Positions 10,076 to 20,900 of a DNA stretch of 64,000 nucleotides are shown here, piece after piece. Numbering within the stretch: the stretch's first letter is position 1; every line of letters starts with the position of its first letter. The DNA is from Micavibrio sp. UBA6145 (GTDB lineage Bacteria > Pseudomonadota > Alphaproteobacteria > Micavibrionales > UBA1664). The notes under the pieces were generated by a model that was not told the origin of the DNA, searched no databases, and was given only the letters and a program-made list of their open reading frames with translations. Where the stretch lies: positions 39,480 to 103,479 of the forward strand of contig DIUZ01000020.1 of NCBI GenBank assembly GCA_002423205.1, given 5' to 3'. The translations under genes were made by a program, and so were the position numbers.

Positions 10076-10804
10076 ATGGCTATGAAAAGAACCCCCTTTA
10101 TCGCTGGCAACTGGAAGATGAACGGCACGCGCGAACAGGCGGCCAAGCTGTCTGCCGCGATCAAGCCGCAGGCGGGGGTCGATGTCGTCCTCTGCCCGCC
10201 CTTTTTGCATATTTCGGCGATTGTCGGGACCTGTGCCATCGGCGCTCAGGACGTGTCCGATCGTGATGACGGTGCCTTTACGGGTGATGTTTCCGCCAAA
10301 ATGCTTGCCGATATGGGCTGTAGATACGTGATTGTCGGCCATTCCGAGCGCCGCCAGTACCACCGGGAGACCGATGCCCTTGTCTCGGCCAAGGCTGCCA
10401 AGGCCATGGAAGCCGGGCTTATTCCGATCATCTGTGTGGGTGAAACCAAGGCCGAGCGCGAAGCGGGCCTTACTGAGGCCGTTATTGAGACCCAGATTGC
10501 CGGGTCCGTCCCAGCCGGGGCCACGGGGCAGAACATCGTTATCGCTTACGAACCCGTCTGGGCCATTGGCACCGGGCTGGTGGCCAGCATCGACCAGATT
10601 GCGCAGGTGCACGCACAAATCCGTGGACTGCTTGAAAAGCGGCTTGCGGACGGGGGTATTTTACGCATTATATACGGCGGTTCGGTGAAAGCCGACAACG
10701 CCGCAGAAATCCTTGGTTTGGACGATGTGGACGGGGCCTTGGTGGGTGGTGCATCCCTTAAGGCCGAAAGCTTTGTTGAAATTATCCGCGCAGTGAAGGT
10801 ATAA
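10076..10804 (+). CDS. tpiA: Triose-phosphate isomerase
   Basis: 242 aa with IAGNWKMNG, VGHSERR, AYEPVWAIGTG and GGASL. Confidence 0.95.
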   Translation: MAMKRTPFIAGNWKMNGTREQAAKLSAAIKPQAGVDVVLCPPFLHISAIVGTCAIGAQDVSDRDDGAFTGDVSAKMLADMGCRYVIVGHSERRQYHRETDALVSAKAAKAMEAGLIPIICVGETKAEREAGLTEAVIETQIAGSVPAGATGQNIVIAYEPVWAIGTGLVASIDQIAQVHAQIRGLLEKRLADGGILRIIYGGSVKADNAAEILGLDDVDGALVGGASLKAESFVEIIRAVKV

Positions 10805-10813
10805 GTACGCCCA

Positions 10814-11185
10814 ATGCAAGAAGTCATCCTCGTCATTCATTTGATTCTGGCCCTGTCGATCATCGTCATGGTGCTGATCCAACGCTCTTCCGGGGGTGGT
10901 CTTGGCATCGGTGGCAGCTCCGGCGGTCTGGGCGATTTCGCCACTGCGCGCGGCGCGGCCAATGCACTGACCAAGGCGACCACGATTTGCGCCTTTTGCT
11001 TTTTCGGAACCTCGCTGCTCCTGGCCTATATGGGCAAGGGTACCGCCAATTCCGGCCTGCTTTCCAATATTGATGCGCCTGCTGTCAGCGCCCCGGCCAT
11101 GCCCGGTTCACCGGCCGACACAATTACTGAGCCTGCGACGCCACCGGCTGCCAAGACACCTGAACCTCCGATCTCTAAAAAATGA
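10814..11185 (+). CDS. secG: Preprotein translocase subunit SecG
   Basis: 123 aa with an N-terminal TM ([27 protein letters not shown]) and a low-complexity Pro/Ala tail. Conserved tpiA-secG-pyrG order. Confidence 0.85.
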   Translation: MQEVILVIHLILALSIIVMVLIQRSSGGGLGIGGSSGGLGDFATARGAANALTKATTICAFCFFGTSLLLAYMGKGTANSGLLSNIDAPAVSAPAMPGSPADTITEPATPPAAKTPEPPISKK

Positions 11186-12810
11186 CGCGATATATATTCA
11201 TAACAGGCGGGGTTGTTTCTTCCTTAGGGAAGGGCCTCGCCGCCTCCGCTATTGGTGCGCTTTTACAGGCGCGCGGCTTCACTGTCCGCCTTGCCAAGAT
11301 GGATCCGTACCTGAATGTCGATCCGGGTACGATGTCGCCGTTTCAGCATGGCGAAGTATTCGTCACTGACGACGGTGCCGAGACCGATCTGGATCTTGGC
11401 CATTACGAACGCTTCACGGGTCGTTCCGCCAACAAGAACGATTCCATTTCCGCTGGCCGTATTTTCATGAACGTCCTGCAACGCGAGCGCCGCGGCGATT
11501 ATCTTGGCGCGACTATTCAGGTCATTCCGCATATCACGGACGAGATTAAAACATTCATCCGCGAAAAAGACGGCTCCGCCGACTTTGTGCTGGTCGAAAT
11601 CGGCGGCACGGTCGGTGACATTGAATCCCTGCCGTTCCTCGAAGCCATTCGCCAGTTCGGCAACGAAGTGGGTGAGGCGCGTGCGCTGTTCATTCATACC
11701 ACCCTGCTGCCGTATATTGCGGCCGCGGGTGAGCTGAAAACCAAACCGACGCAACACTCGGTCAAGGAATTGCTGTCGGTCGGTATTCGTCCGCGTATCC
11801 TGCTGTGCCGTGCAGACCGCGAAATCCCGGAAGATGAACAGCGTAAAATCGCCCTGTTCTGTAACATCGATCCGCAATGCGTGATCCCGGCGCTTGACGT
11901 TAAATCCATCTATGAGGTGCCGCTGTCCTATGGCCGCGAAGGTCTGGATACCCAGATCCTGCGCTGCTTCAATATGGACGCGAAGAAACCGGATCTTAGT
12001 GTCTGGGAAAACATCAATCACCGCATTCAGAACCCTGAAGGTCATGTGCGCATCGGTATCGTCGGTAAATACACCGAACTGACCGACAGCTATAAGTCGC
12101 TGAACGAAGCGCTGACGCATGGCGGTGTTGCCAATAATGTTTCGGTCGACCTTGTGTTCATCGAGGCCGAGAAATTTGAAAAAGAAACCGATGCGATCAA
12201 CGCGCTGGAAAATGTAAACGGCATTCTGGTGCCCGGCGGCTTCGGCCAGCGCGGCACAGAAGGCATGATCAAGGCGGTTGAATTCGCACGCACGCGCAAG
12301 ATTCCGTATTACGGTATTTGCTTTGGCATGCAGATGGCCGTCATTGAAGGTGTCCGCAATCTGTGCGGTATCAAGAATGCCAGTTCCACCGAATTCGGTG
12401 AAACATCGGAACCGGTTGTTGGCCTGATGACCGAATGGATGAAGGGCAACGAGATTGAAGAACGCAAAGCGGCCGGCGATCTCGGCGGCACGATGCGTCT
12501 GGGTGCGTTCCCGGCCAAGCTTATTAAGGGCAGCCGCGCGGCGCAGGCTTACGGTTCAATCGATATCAGCGAGCGTCATCGCCATCGTTATGAAGTGAAC
12601 ACCAATTACAAAGCCGGCCTTGAAGCCAAGGGCATGGTATTTTCCGGGATGAGCCCGGACCAGCGCCTGCCGGAAATCGTCGAATACCCGGATCATCCGT
12701 GGTTTGTCGGCGTGCAGTTCCACCCCGAACTGAAATCCCGCCCGCTGGATCCGCACCCGCTGTTCGTGTCGTTTATCCGCGCAGCTTTGGACCAGTCACG
12801 GCTGGTTTAG
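11182..12810 (+). CDS. pyrG: CTP synthase
   Basis: 542 aa reading [18 protein letters not shown]..., with a GATase domain ([16 protein letters not shown]). Confidence 0.97.
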   Translation: MTRYIFITGGVVSSLGKGLAASAIGALLQARGFTVRLAKMDPYLNVDPGTMSPFQHGEVFVTDDGAETDLDLGHYERFTGRSANKNDSISAGRIFMNVLQRERRGDYLGATIQVIPHITDEIKTFIREKDGSADFVLVEIGGTVGDIESLPFLEAIRQFGNEVGEARALFIHTTLLPYIAAAGELKTKPTQHSVKELLSVGIRPRILLCRADREIPEDEQRKIALFCNIDPQCVIPALDVKSIYEVPLSYGREGLDTQILRCFNMDAKKPDLSVWENINHRIQNPEGHVRIGIVGKYTELTDSYKSLNEALTHGGVANNVSVDLVFIEAEKFEKETDAINALENVNGILVPGGFGQRGTEGMIKAVEFARTRKIPYYGICFGMQMAVIEGVRNLCGIKNASSTEFGETSEPVVGLMTEWMKGNEIEERKAAGDLGGTMRLGAFPAKLIKGSRAAQAYGSIDISERHRHRYEVNTNYKAGLEAKGMVFSGMSPDQRLPEIVEYPDHPWFVGVQFHPELKSRPLDPHPLFVSFIRAALDQSRLV

Positions 12811-12906
12811 CGCATTTATTAGTCATAACGTTTATTTCTAGTGCTTTTTCCTGAATGGTGAGTTGCCATAAGCTGTTGCTTTGGGCAGAAATGTCGCAGT
12901 CAACAA

Positions 12907-14670
12907 TTGTGGAAAACGCACGCTTATGGGACCATTGCGCTGATGGGACACATCTTTTCCCGCCGCTGGCCCGTTCTGGTCCGGCTCGCTCTTATGCAGA
13001 TCATTCTTCAGACGGCTTTCATGCCGGGAATGGTGCCCCATGCCTATGCGCAAGTGGTGCCTGAAACTTTGCCTGGTCCGGCGGACGCCAACCGCATTTC
13101 GCCGCAACCTGAGCGCCGCCTGCCGCCACAGGACAGCAAGATGACGTTGCAGGATCAAAACCTGCCAGGCACGGAAATGCCGGAAGGTGCAGATCAAATT
13201 CACCTGACATTGAACGATGTCGTTTTCGAAAATGTAAATGCGTTCACCGCTAGTGAGCTTCGACCGCTTTATGCGGAGTATCTGGGCAAAGACATCACGC
13301 TCGACAAGGTGTATGGCATCGCAGGACGCCTGACGAAAATGTACCGCGAGCGTGGGTATTTCCTGTCGATGGCGTATGTGCCTGACCAGAAAATTGGCGG
13401 CGGCATCGTGCGCATTGCCGTGGTTGAGGGGCGCATTTCAGAGGTGGAAATGCAGGGAAACGCGCCGCAGGGCGGTGTTCTTTCGCGCTATGTTGCCTGG
13501 ATACAATCACGCCTGCCGGTGAAGTCGGATGAAGTCGAAAGTTTTCTTCTGCGCCTGAATGATGTCCCGGGTTATGATTTCCGCGCGGTGCTTTCACCGT
13601 TGCCGGATGCTGCGCCGGGGGCGGTCAAACTTGTGCTGGTCCCATCTAAAGAAAAAGGTCGCGGGCAGGTCAGTTTTGACAATTTCGGTTCGCGCTATCT
13701 TGGTCCTAATGAATTGTCAGTCTTTTATTCCAAAAGCCTGTTGCCTATGAGCCAGACATCCGTATCGGCGCTTGTGTCCGCACCTGCGGATGAACTTCGG
13801 TATTTTACGGCCGAGCATTCCGTTCTTGTTGCGCCGGATGTGCGCGTAAAAGTGGCCGGAAACATCACGCGTTCGACGTCGGGTTATCGTTTAAAAAACC
13901 TTGATATCAGGGGCGATTCCAGTGATGTAAGCGCCGCCGTCGAGTGGCAGCCGGTGCGCCAGCGCGACCGCAATGTCGTGTTGTCTTTCACGCTTGAGCG
14001 CCGGAACACCGAAACCGAATTGCTTGAAACGCCGTTTTCAAAAGACCGGGTCCGCGCCGCGCGTGCGGCCGTGCGTTATGACGGCCAGAATTATTTCAGC
14101 GGATATGATTTTGCGGAAGTGACGATGAGTCGTGGTCTTCCGATTATGGGAGCAAGCCGCGAGAATGATCCCGATGTATCGCGCCCGGAAGCTGAACCTG
14201 ATTTCAGCAAGCTTGAGGCGCGGATCACGCATCTGCACGACATGGGGCATGATCTGGTTCTGTCAGTATCTGGCGCGGGGCAAGTGGCATCAGGCCCCAT
14301 GTATGCGTCAGAAGAATTCGGATATGGCGGGCAAAGTTTTGGCCGTGCGTATGATTCATCGGAAATTACGGGCGATCATGGTATCGCGGCGGCGGCGGAG
14401 CTTCAGTATAACGGCCTTGATGTGGGTGATGTCTTTCAGGTCAACCCGTATGTGTTTTACGATGTCGGCCGTGTGTGGAACGAAGATGCAGGACAGCCGG
14501 AAACGGCATCTGGCGCATCGGCCGGTCTCGGCGTTCGGGGCAGTGTCCTGACCAAAACCAACTATAATCTGGGGCTGGCTTACCCGCTGACCCGCACCAT
14601 CAGTGCGCCGGTCTACGGCAGCGGTGAAGACGGACCCCGTATGTATGTTCAGGTTAACCGGATTTTCTAA
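12907..14670 (+). CDS. Two-partner secretion outer-membrane transporter (TpsB; ShlB/FhaC/HecB family)
   Basis: 587 aa with a signal-like N-terminus; an alternative ATG at 12943 is possible. POTRA region (LTLNDVVFENVNAFTASELRPLYAEYLGKDITL...IVRIAVVEGRISEV). C-terminal beta-barrel ending in an aromatic residue (VQVNRIF). It sits directly upstream of a TPS-domain exoprotein. Confidence 0.85.
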   Translation: MWKTHAYGTIALMGHIFSRRWPVLVRLALMQIILQTAFMPGMVPHAYAQVVPETLPGPADANRISPQPERRLPPQDSKMTLQDQNLPGTEMPEGADQIHLTLNDVVFENVNAFTASELRPLYAEYLGKDITLDKVYGIAGRLTKMYRERGYFLSMAYVPDQKIGGGIVRIAVVEGRISEVEMQGNAPQGGVLSRYVAWIQSRLPVKSDEVESFLLRLNDVPGYDFRAVLSPLPDAAPGAVKLVLVPSKEKGRGQVSFDNFGSRYLGPNELSVFYSKSLLPMSQTSVSALVSAPADELRYFTAEHSVLVAPDVRVKVAGNITRSTSGYRLKNLDIRGDSSDVSAAVEWQPVRQRDRNVVLSFTLERRNTETELLETPFSKDRVRAARAAVRYDGQNYFSGYDFAEVTMSRGLPIMGASRENDPDVSRPEAEPDFSKLEARITHLHDMGHDLVLSVSGAGQVASGPMYASEEFGYGGQSFGRAYDSSEITGDHGIAAAAELQYNGLDVGDVFQVNPYVFYDVGRVWNEDAGQPETASGASAGLGVRGSVLTKTNYNLGLAYPLTRTISAPVYGSGEDGPRMYVQVNRIF

Positions 14671-14951
14671 CCGGTCTTTAAGCCATAGTCAGGCTAAGCC
14701 CTTATATTTTCTGCATTTTATTACGAATCTGAAATAATGATCTGGCCATACCTTTGTAGGTTTTTGGCCCGGATTTTGTGCCTGTGGTGACGTAAAGCGC
14801 GAAATATGGGGTTTTCGGGTGAATTTAAGGGGGCTTTCTGTTTCCTTTTTAAGCTCAAAATTTGCTCAAAACCCATACTAAAGTTTAGGTCCTAAGTGCA
14901 TGATTTTCAAAATTAATTTCAGCTTTACCAATCCAGCGTAAACTTATCTTC

Positions 14952-17900
14952 ATGGAACTGCGTCGCCAGTTACTCACTACCAGCGCATTGTCGGTCATGG
15001 TTGCAAGTGCATTCATGCCGCACGCGCATGCGAACCCGATCGACGGTGTAGTGAGCGCTGGTTCCGCGGACATTGCGTCGAACGGCAAGACGCTGGACAT
15101 CACGCAGCATTCGGACAAGGCGATCATCGACTGGCGCGGATTTGACATCGCGCATGACGAGACCACTAACTTTTACCAGCCGTCTTCGAGTTCGATCATC
15201 GTCAACCGCGTGCATTCGAGCCAGGCATCGCAGATCGACGGTCGCCTGAACGCCAACGGCAATGTCATCATCATCAACCAGAACGGTCTTGTGTTCGGCG
15301 CGGGCGCTGTCGTTGACGTGCACGGGCTTGTGGTGTCGACCAGCGACCTGGACAACACGGCGTTCATGACCAACGCGCCGGTGCGCTTTACGCAGCCGGG
15401 TAATGTCAACGCCGCCATCGTCAATCACGGGACGATCACCGCGCATGACGCGGGCCTGGTCGGCTTCGTTGCGCCGCATGTCGAGAACCACGGTGTCATC
15501 ACCGCCAATCTGGGCCGCGTGCATCTGGCGACCGGCGATAAAGCCACCGTAGATTTTTACGGCGACGGGCTGATGGAGGTTGAGGCCAGCGACAGCCTGC
15601 AGAACCAGATCCTGAACCAGACCGGCACGATTATTGCCGACGGCGGCAAGATCGCATTGAGCGCATCTGCCGGCGGCGAGGTGGTGACCAGCATCATCAA
15701 CGCGCAAGGCACGATCCGCGCGCAGAGCGTGGGCGTTCATAACGGCGAGATCGTCATCGGCGCGAAGAAGAACGGCAAATCCAAGGTTAACATTGCGGGC
15801 AGCGTCGACGCATCAAGCGCCACGGGCAAGGGCGGCAAGATCACGGTTACGGCCGACCACATCGCGCTCAAACCCACCGCCAATCTGAACGCCTCGGGTC
15901 TCACCGGCGGCGGCACGATCAAGGTCGGCGGCGACAGGCACGGGCAGGGGGCGACCCCTAATGCAAAAACCTTAACCGTTGAGCAGGGTTCGTACATCGC
16001 CAACAATGCGCTCGATCTTGGCGACGGCGGCGAGACGGTGCTGTGGTCCGACCTGGTGACGTACTTCGCCGGTGGCATATCGGGCACGGGCGGTGCGAAT
16101 GGCGGCGACGGCGGCTTCGTCGAAGTGTCGGGTAAGGACCATCTGGAATACCAGGGCCATGTCGATCTCTCGGCGAATGAGGGTTATGACTTCGGCAACC
16201 TGCTGCTGGATCCGAGCGATATCATCATCTCATCGGGTGGTGATACGGGTGGTTCATTCACGAGCGGCACCTACACGGCGTCGGCGGGCGCATCGGTGAT
16301 CAACACCGCAACGCTGCAATCCCAGATCACGGCGGCCAACGTCACGATCAGCACGGCGGGCGGCACGGGCGGGAACGGCGATATTACGTTTGCTAACTCA
16401 GTTGCGTTCACGACGACCAGCCGCACGCTGACGCTGAATGCGGACCGGGACATCGTGTTCAACGCGAGCGCGGCCTGGACCGCGGGTAATGGCGGCTTCA
16501 CCATGACGGCCGCGCGCGATATCCTGTTTAACGCCAATGTTAGCGCCAATGGTTCGGGCTCGCTTTCGGCTATCGCCCAACGCAACGTGACGGTCGGCAA
16601 CGGTGTAACGGTGCGCAGTGCCAGCAGTGGTGGCACCATTCTTCGTGCAGCAGGTGGGGTTATCACGAATACAGGCGTGCTGACGAATAACGGTATTATC
16701 TCTGTCGGGACTGGCACGCTTTCGCTCATTTCAGGTTTAGATACGCTTGGTGAACGTGCAGATATCTCCTTGGATGGAGTGAACCTTCTTTATACGGGCG
16801 CGACAACAGGGTCGACAGGCGTAACAGGTTTTCGTGATGTGACCATCGGGCGTAATTTTTCAGCGACAGGTAGTCTGACTATCCAGGCCGAGCGTCACCT
16901 GACGATCAATAGCGGCGTCACGCTTTCTACGACGTCTACCGGCAATATAAACCTTAAAGCATCAAACACTGCCGGCATCAACGGACTTGGCTATCTTAGT
17001 AATTCAGGTACCGTTTCAGCCGGCACGGGCTCTTTTACGCTTGCGTCCGGTGTCGATGGTTCAGGGAACCGCCCGGATCTTGTTCTGAACAGCAGTCTTT
17101 ATTCCACCGGTGCTACTGTTACCGGTGTAGGCGTTACAGGTTTCCGCGACATCACGGTCGCACGCAATTTTACATCTACGGGCAGTATCACAATATCGGC
17201 CGAACGCGATCTTACGATCAATACCGGTACGGCACTGACAGCCGGCACCGCGGGTTCCATGCTGCTGAAGGCCGCCGCCACCAGTATCGCGAATGCCGGG
17301 GTCCTGACATTAAATGGTTCGCTCACGCTTGGGACGGGGACACTGAACCTGCAATCCGGCCTGGATACGCTGGGGAATCGCGCTGATCTTGTGCTTAATG
17401 GCACGAACACCTCAATTATCGGTGCGAATGTGGGCACTACAGTGATAACGGGTTTCCGTGACGTCACAGTCAATCGCAATCTTATCAGTGCTCTTTCTGT
17501 CAACATCAGCGCCGAGAGAAACCTGACGATTGGATCGGGGATTACCGTCGCCACTGGCGCTGCGGGCGGCATGACGCTTCGCGCATCGACGACCGCCGGC
17601 ATTGGTGGCACGGGCGTTCTGAACAATAATGGAACAGTATCGACAGGAACCGGAACTTTTGTGCTTCTGTCAGGCCTGGATACACTGGGTGAGCGCGTTG
17701 ATCTAAATCTGAATAACGCCACATGGGTTTCACAGGGTGCCAGCCATACGGGTATAAGCCTCACCGGCTTCCGCGATATCACGGTTAATCGTGATTTTAC
17801 GACTACCGGCAGTATCACCATGTCGGCAGAGCGTCATTTTACCAACAACGCTAACCTGACTTCTGGCGCTGCAAGCAGCATGCTTCTGAGAGCGGCAAGT

Positions 17901-20900
17901 TCGTCTGTTGCCAATATTGGTTTATGGAGCAATACGGGAACGATTACTGCCGGAAGCGCCTCGCTTGCTTTGCAGTCAGGCCGGGATTCTCTGGGCAACC
18001 GCGTTAATTTAAACCTGAACAATACATCCGATCTTGTTTTCCAGGGGGCGAGCTTCACTGGTGTTACCATCACGGGTTTTGGTGATGTTGTGGTCAACCG
18101 CGATATCACGTCCACAGGCAGCATCACGATTGCGGCGGAAGGCAGTATCACGAATAATGCGGTGGTGACTACAGGCGCTGCGGGCGCTCTTTCGTTTCGG
18201 GCGGCGACATCGTCGGTTGCGAATGTTGGTACCTGGACAAATAATGGCACGCTTTCTGTTGGAACGGGGACGCTTACCATTTCAGCAGGGGCGGACGGTT
18301 CTGGCGGCAGGCAGGATCTTGTGCTGAATAATGGATTTGTAACCAGGCAAGGCGCAAATTTCGGCTCTTTCACAGCGGTAGGATTCCGCGATATCACCCT
18401 TAATACGGATATCCTGTCCGCAGGCAGCGTTAACCTGACGGCAGAGCGTAACCTGACAGTCAATTCGGCGGTGACAACATCGCTCACCGGTGCTCTGCAT
18501 CTGCGTGCAGCCGGGGCACTTGTCACCAATCAAGGGGTTCTGACCTTAAATGCGCCTATCAGCACGGGCAGCAGCACCTTGGTGCTTTTGACGGGGCTTG
18601 ATACTACCGGCAACGCGACGACTGATCTTCTTATCAACAATGCGTTGTTGACCACGCAGAATGCAACTGTGGGCTCGATAAATATCTCGGGATTCCGTGA
18701 TCTTACAATTGATCGCGCCTTCAATTCTACCGGCTCCGTAACATTGACATCGTTGCGTGATCTAAATGTAAATGGACCGATCACATCATCCACTACATCA
18801 AATCTGACTTATACTGCGGGCAGGGATCTTGTCATTGGCGCAAGCCAGACGCTTACGAATTCAACATCTACAGCCGATATAGCCTTTTTGGCAGGCCGCC
18901 ATCTAACGATTAATAGCGGGGCTGTCATTAAATCCGGATTGATCGGAGCGACCACTATCCGTGCCGCGAATGCTGTCCTTACAAACCAGGGCGTTCTGAC
19001 GATCAATGGTACGATCAATGCCAGCACCGGCACCACAACACTTCTCAGCGGGCTTGATTTGTCGGGGAACCGTACAGCCGACTTCACTCTCAGCGACGCG
19101 ACGATGACTTACCAGGGCGCTGTGCAGGGGGCGCTTACGGTTACCGGTTTCCGCGATGTCACGGTTGCGCGTAATCTTACATCAAGCACCACGAATATCA
19201 CGGCCGAACGCAACCTGACTATTAATCCCGGCGTCAGCCTTACGGCGACGACAACCGGCACATTCACATTCAGGGCGGCTGGCGGCCTATCTACCAATAC
19301 AGGAACGCTTGTGTTATCTGGCGCCACGATCAGCGTGGGCACGGGGGCGCTCACCCTGGTCAGCGGTATGGATGAATCAGGCAATCGTACGGATCTTACA
19401 TTGGATAACAGCAACCTGACCTTTCAGGGGGCCAATATGGCTGCTTTGAGTCTGAGCGGGTTCCGCGACATCAATCTTGCGCGTGATATCACCATCGGCG
19501 GATCCAGCACCATTACCGCAGAGCGCAATCTGAATGTGGTGACCGGTGCCACTTTGACAACGAACATCAATACACTGGTTTTGCGGGCGGCGGGCAATAA
19601 CACTAACAATATTGGCGCCCTTACAATTGATGGCAATATCACTACCGGTGCGGCCTCGATCACGCTTGTGAGCGGTCTGAATGCCGATGGTACGCGTAAT
19701 GATCTTACGCTCAGCAACAGCAATTTCACTCTAAGTGGCGCGAATATGAACGCGCTGAGTATTTCTGGTTTCCGTGATGTGACTTTCGCCAGGAATATAA
19801 TGTTTAATGGTACACTGAGTGTGGTTGCGGAGCGCAACGTCAATGTCAATGGCGGCGTAAACCTTACCTATGGCGGCACCAATATCACCATGTCCCTGCG
19901 GGCAGGGGGTGCAACGTCCGTAAACGAGGGCGCGATCAACATTGACGGCGTTCTGACGGCTGGCACGGCGGGCACGCTTACGCTAGCAACGGGCACGGAT
20001 TCCACCGGTGCGCGTACCCAAGACCTTGTGCTGGACAGTGCCCGTTATGTGATGACGGGGTCCGATATCGGCCGTCTGACCGTCACGGGATACAGGGATA
20101 TTACTTTTGCATCCGATTTTACGTTCGGTAACATTATAAGCGTGATAGCCGAGCGTAACCTGACGGTAAACAGCGGCGTCACACTTACGGGCGGGCCGAC
20201 CCAGGGCTTCCTTTTGCGTGCAGGGGGCGAAAACTCCGTAAATATCGGTACATTGACCCTGGACGGAAAAATCATTTTTGGCAGCGGCGGTACATTTACG
20301 CTTGGCAGCGGTTTTGATAATTCCGGTCTGACGCGCGGCGCAGATCTTGTGCTTAACAGCAGCAATTTTGCGATGCGGGGTGCCACTGCGGGGGGGCTTG
20401 CCATCTCTGGTTTCCGTGATGTCACGCTGAACACTAATTATAACTCCGCCAGCACAATAAACGTTGTTGCCGACCGTAATCTGACGATTGGCAATGGCGT
20501 TACGCTGTCCAGCGGCGGTACAGGCAGCATGATTTTGGCAGCCGGTGGCACGGATGGAGTGAATGCAGGTATCCTGACGAATAACGGCACTGTGCGTGTG
20601 GTCGGTGCCCTGTTTGCGCAATCCGGTGCCAATTCACTGGATGCCGGTGCAGACTTTGTGTGGGACGGCGTGCGTTACAGTATGCTGAATTCCAGCCTAT
20701 CGGGCGGCGTAACAGTAAAGGGTTTCCGCGACGCCATATTCAGTGCAAATATTTCTGCTACTGGTCATTCCGACATTACGGCGCAGCGTGACGTGATCAT
20801 TGATTCCGGGGTCATGTATAATGTAGTGGGAAATTGGAATTTTACCGCTGCCGCTGCCAATAACGTAACGCAGAACCGTGGTCAGTTCATCAATAACGGC

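Noticed and set aside
14671-14951. 281-bp AT-rich spacer between tpsB and tpsA as a regulatory RNA or phase-variation element
   Set aside because: I saw no homopolymeric tract, no inverted-repeat invertible-switch signature and no CtrA (TTAA-N7-TTAA) box. It holds only one GANTC site. It probably just holds a promoter, so I did not report it as a finding.
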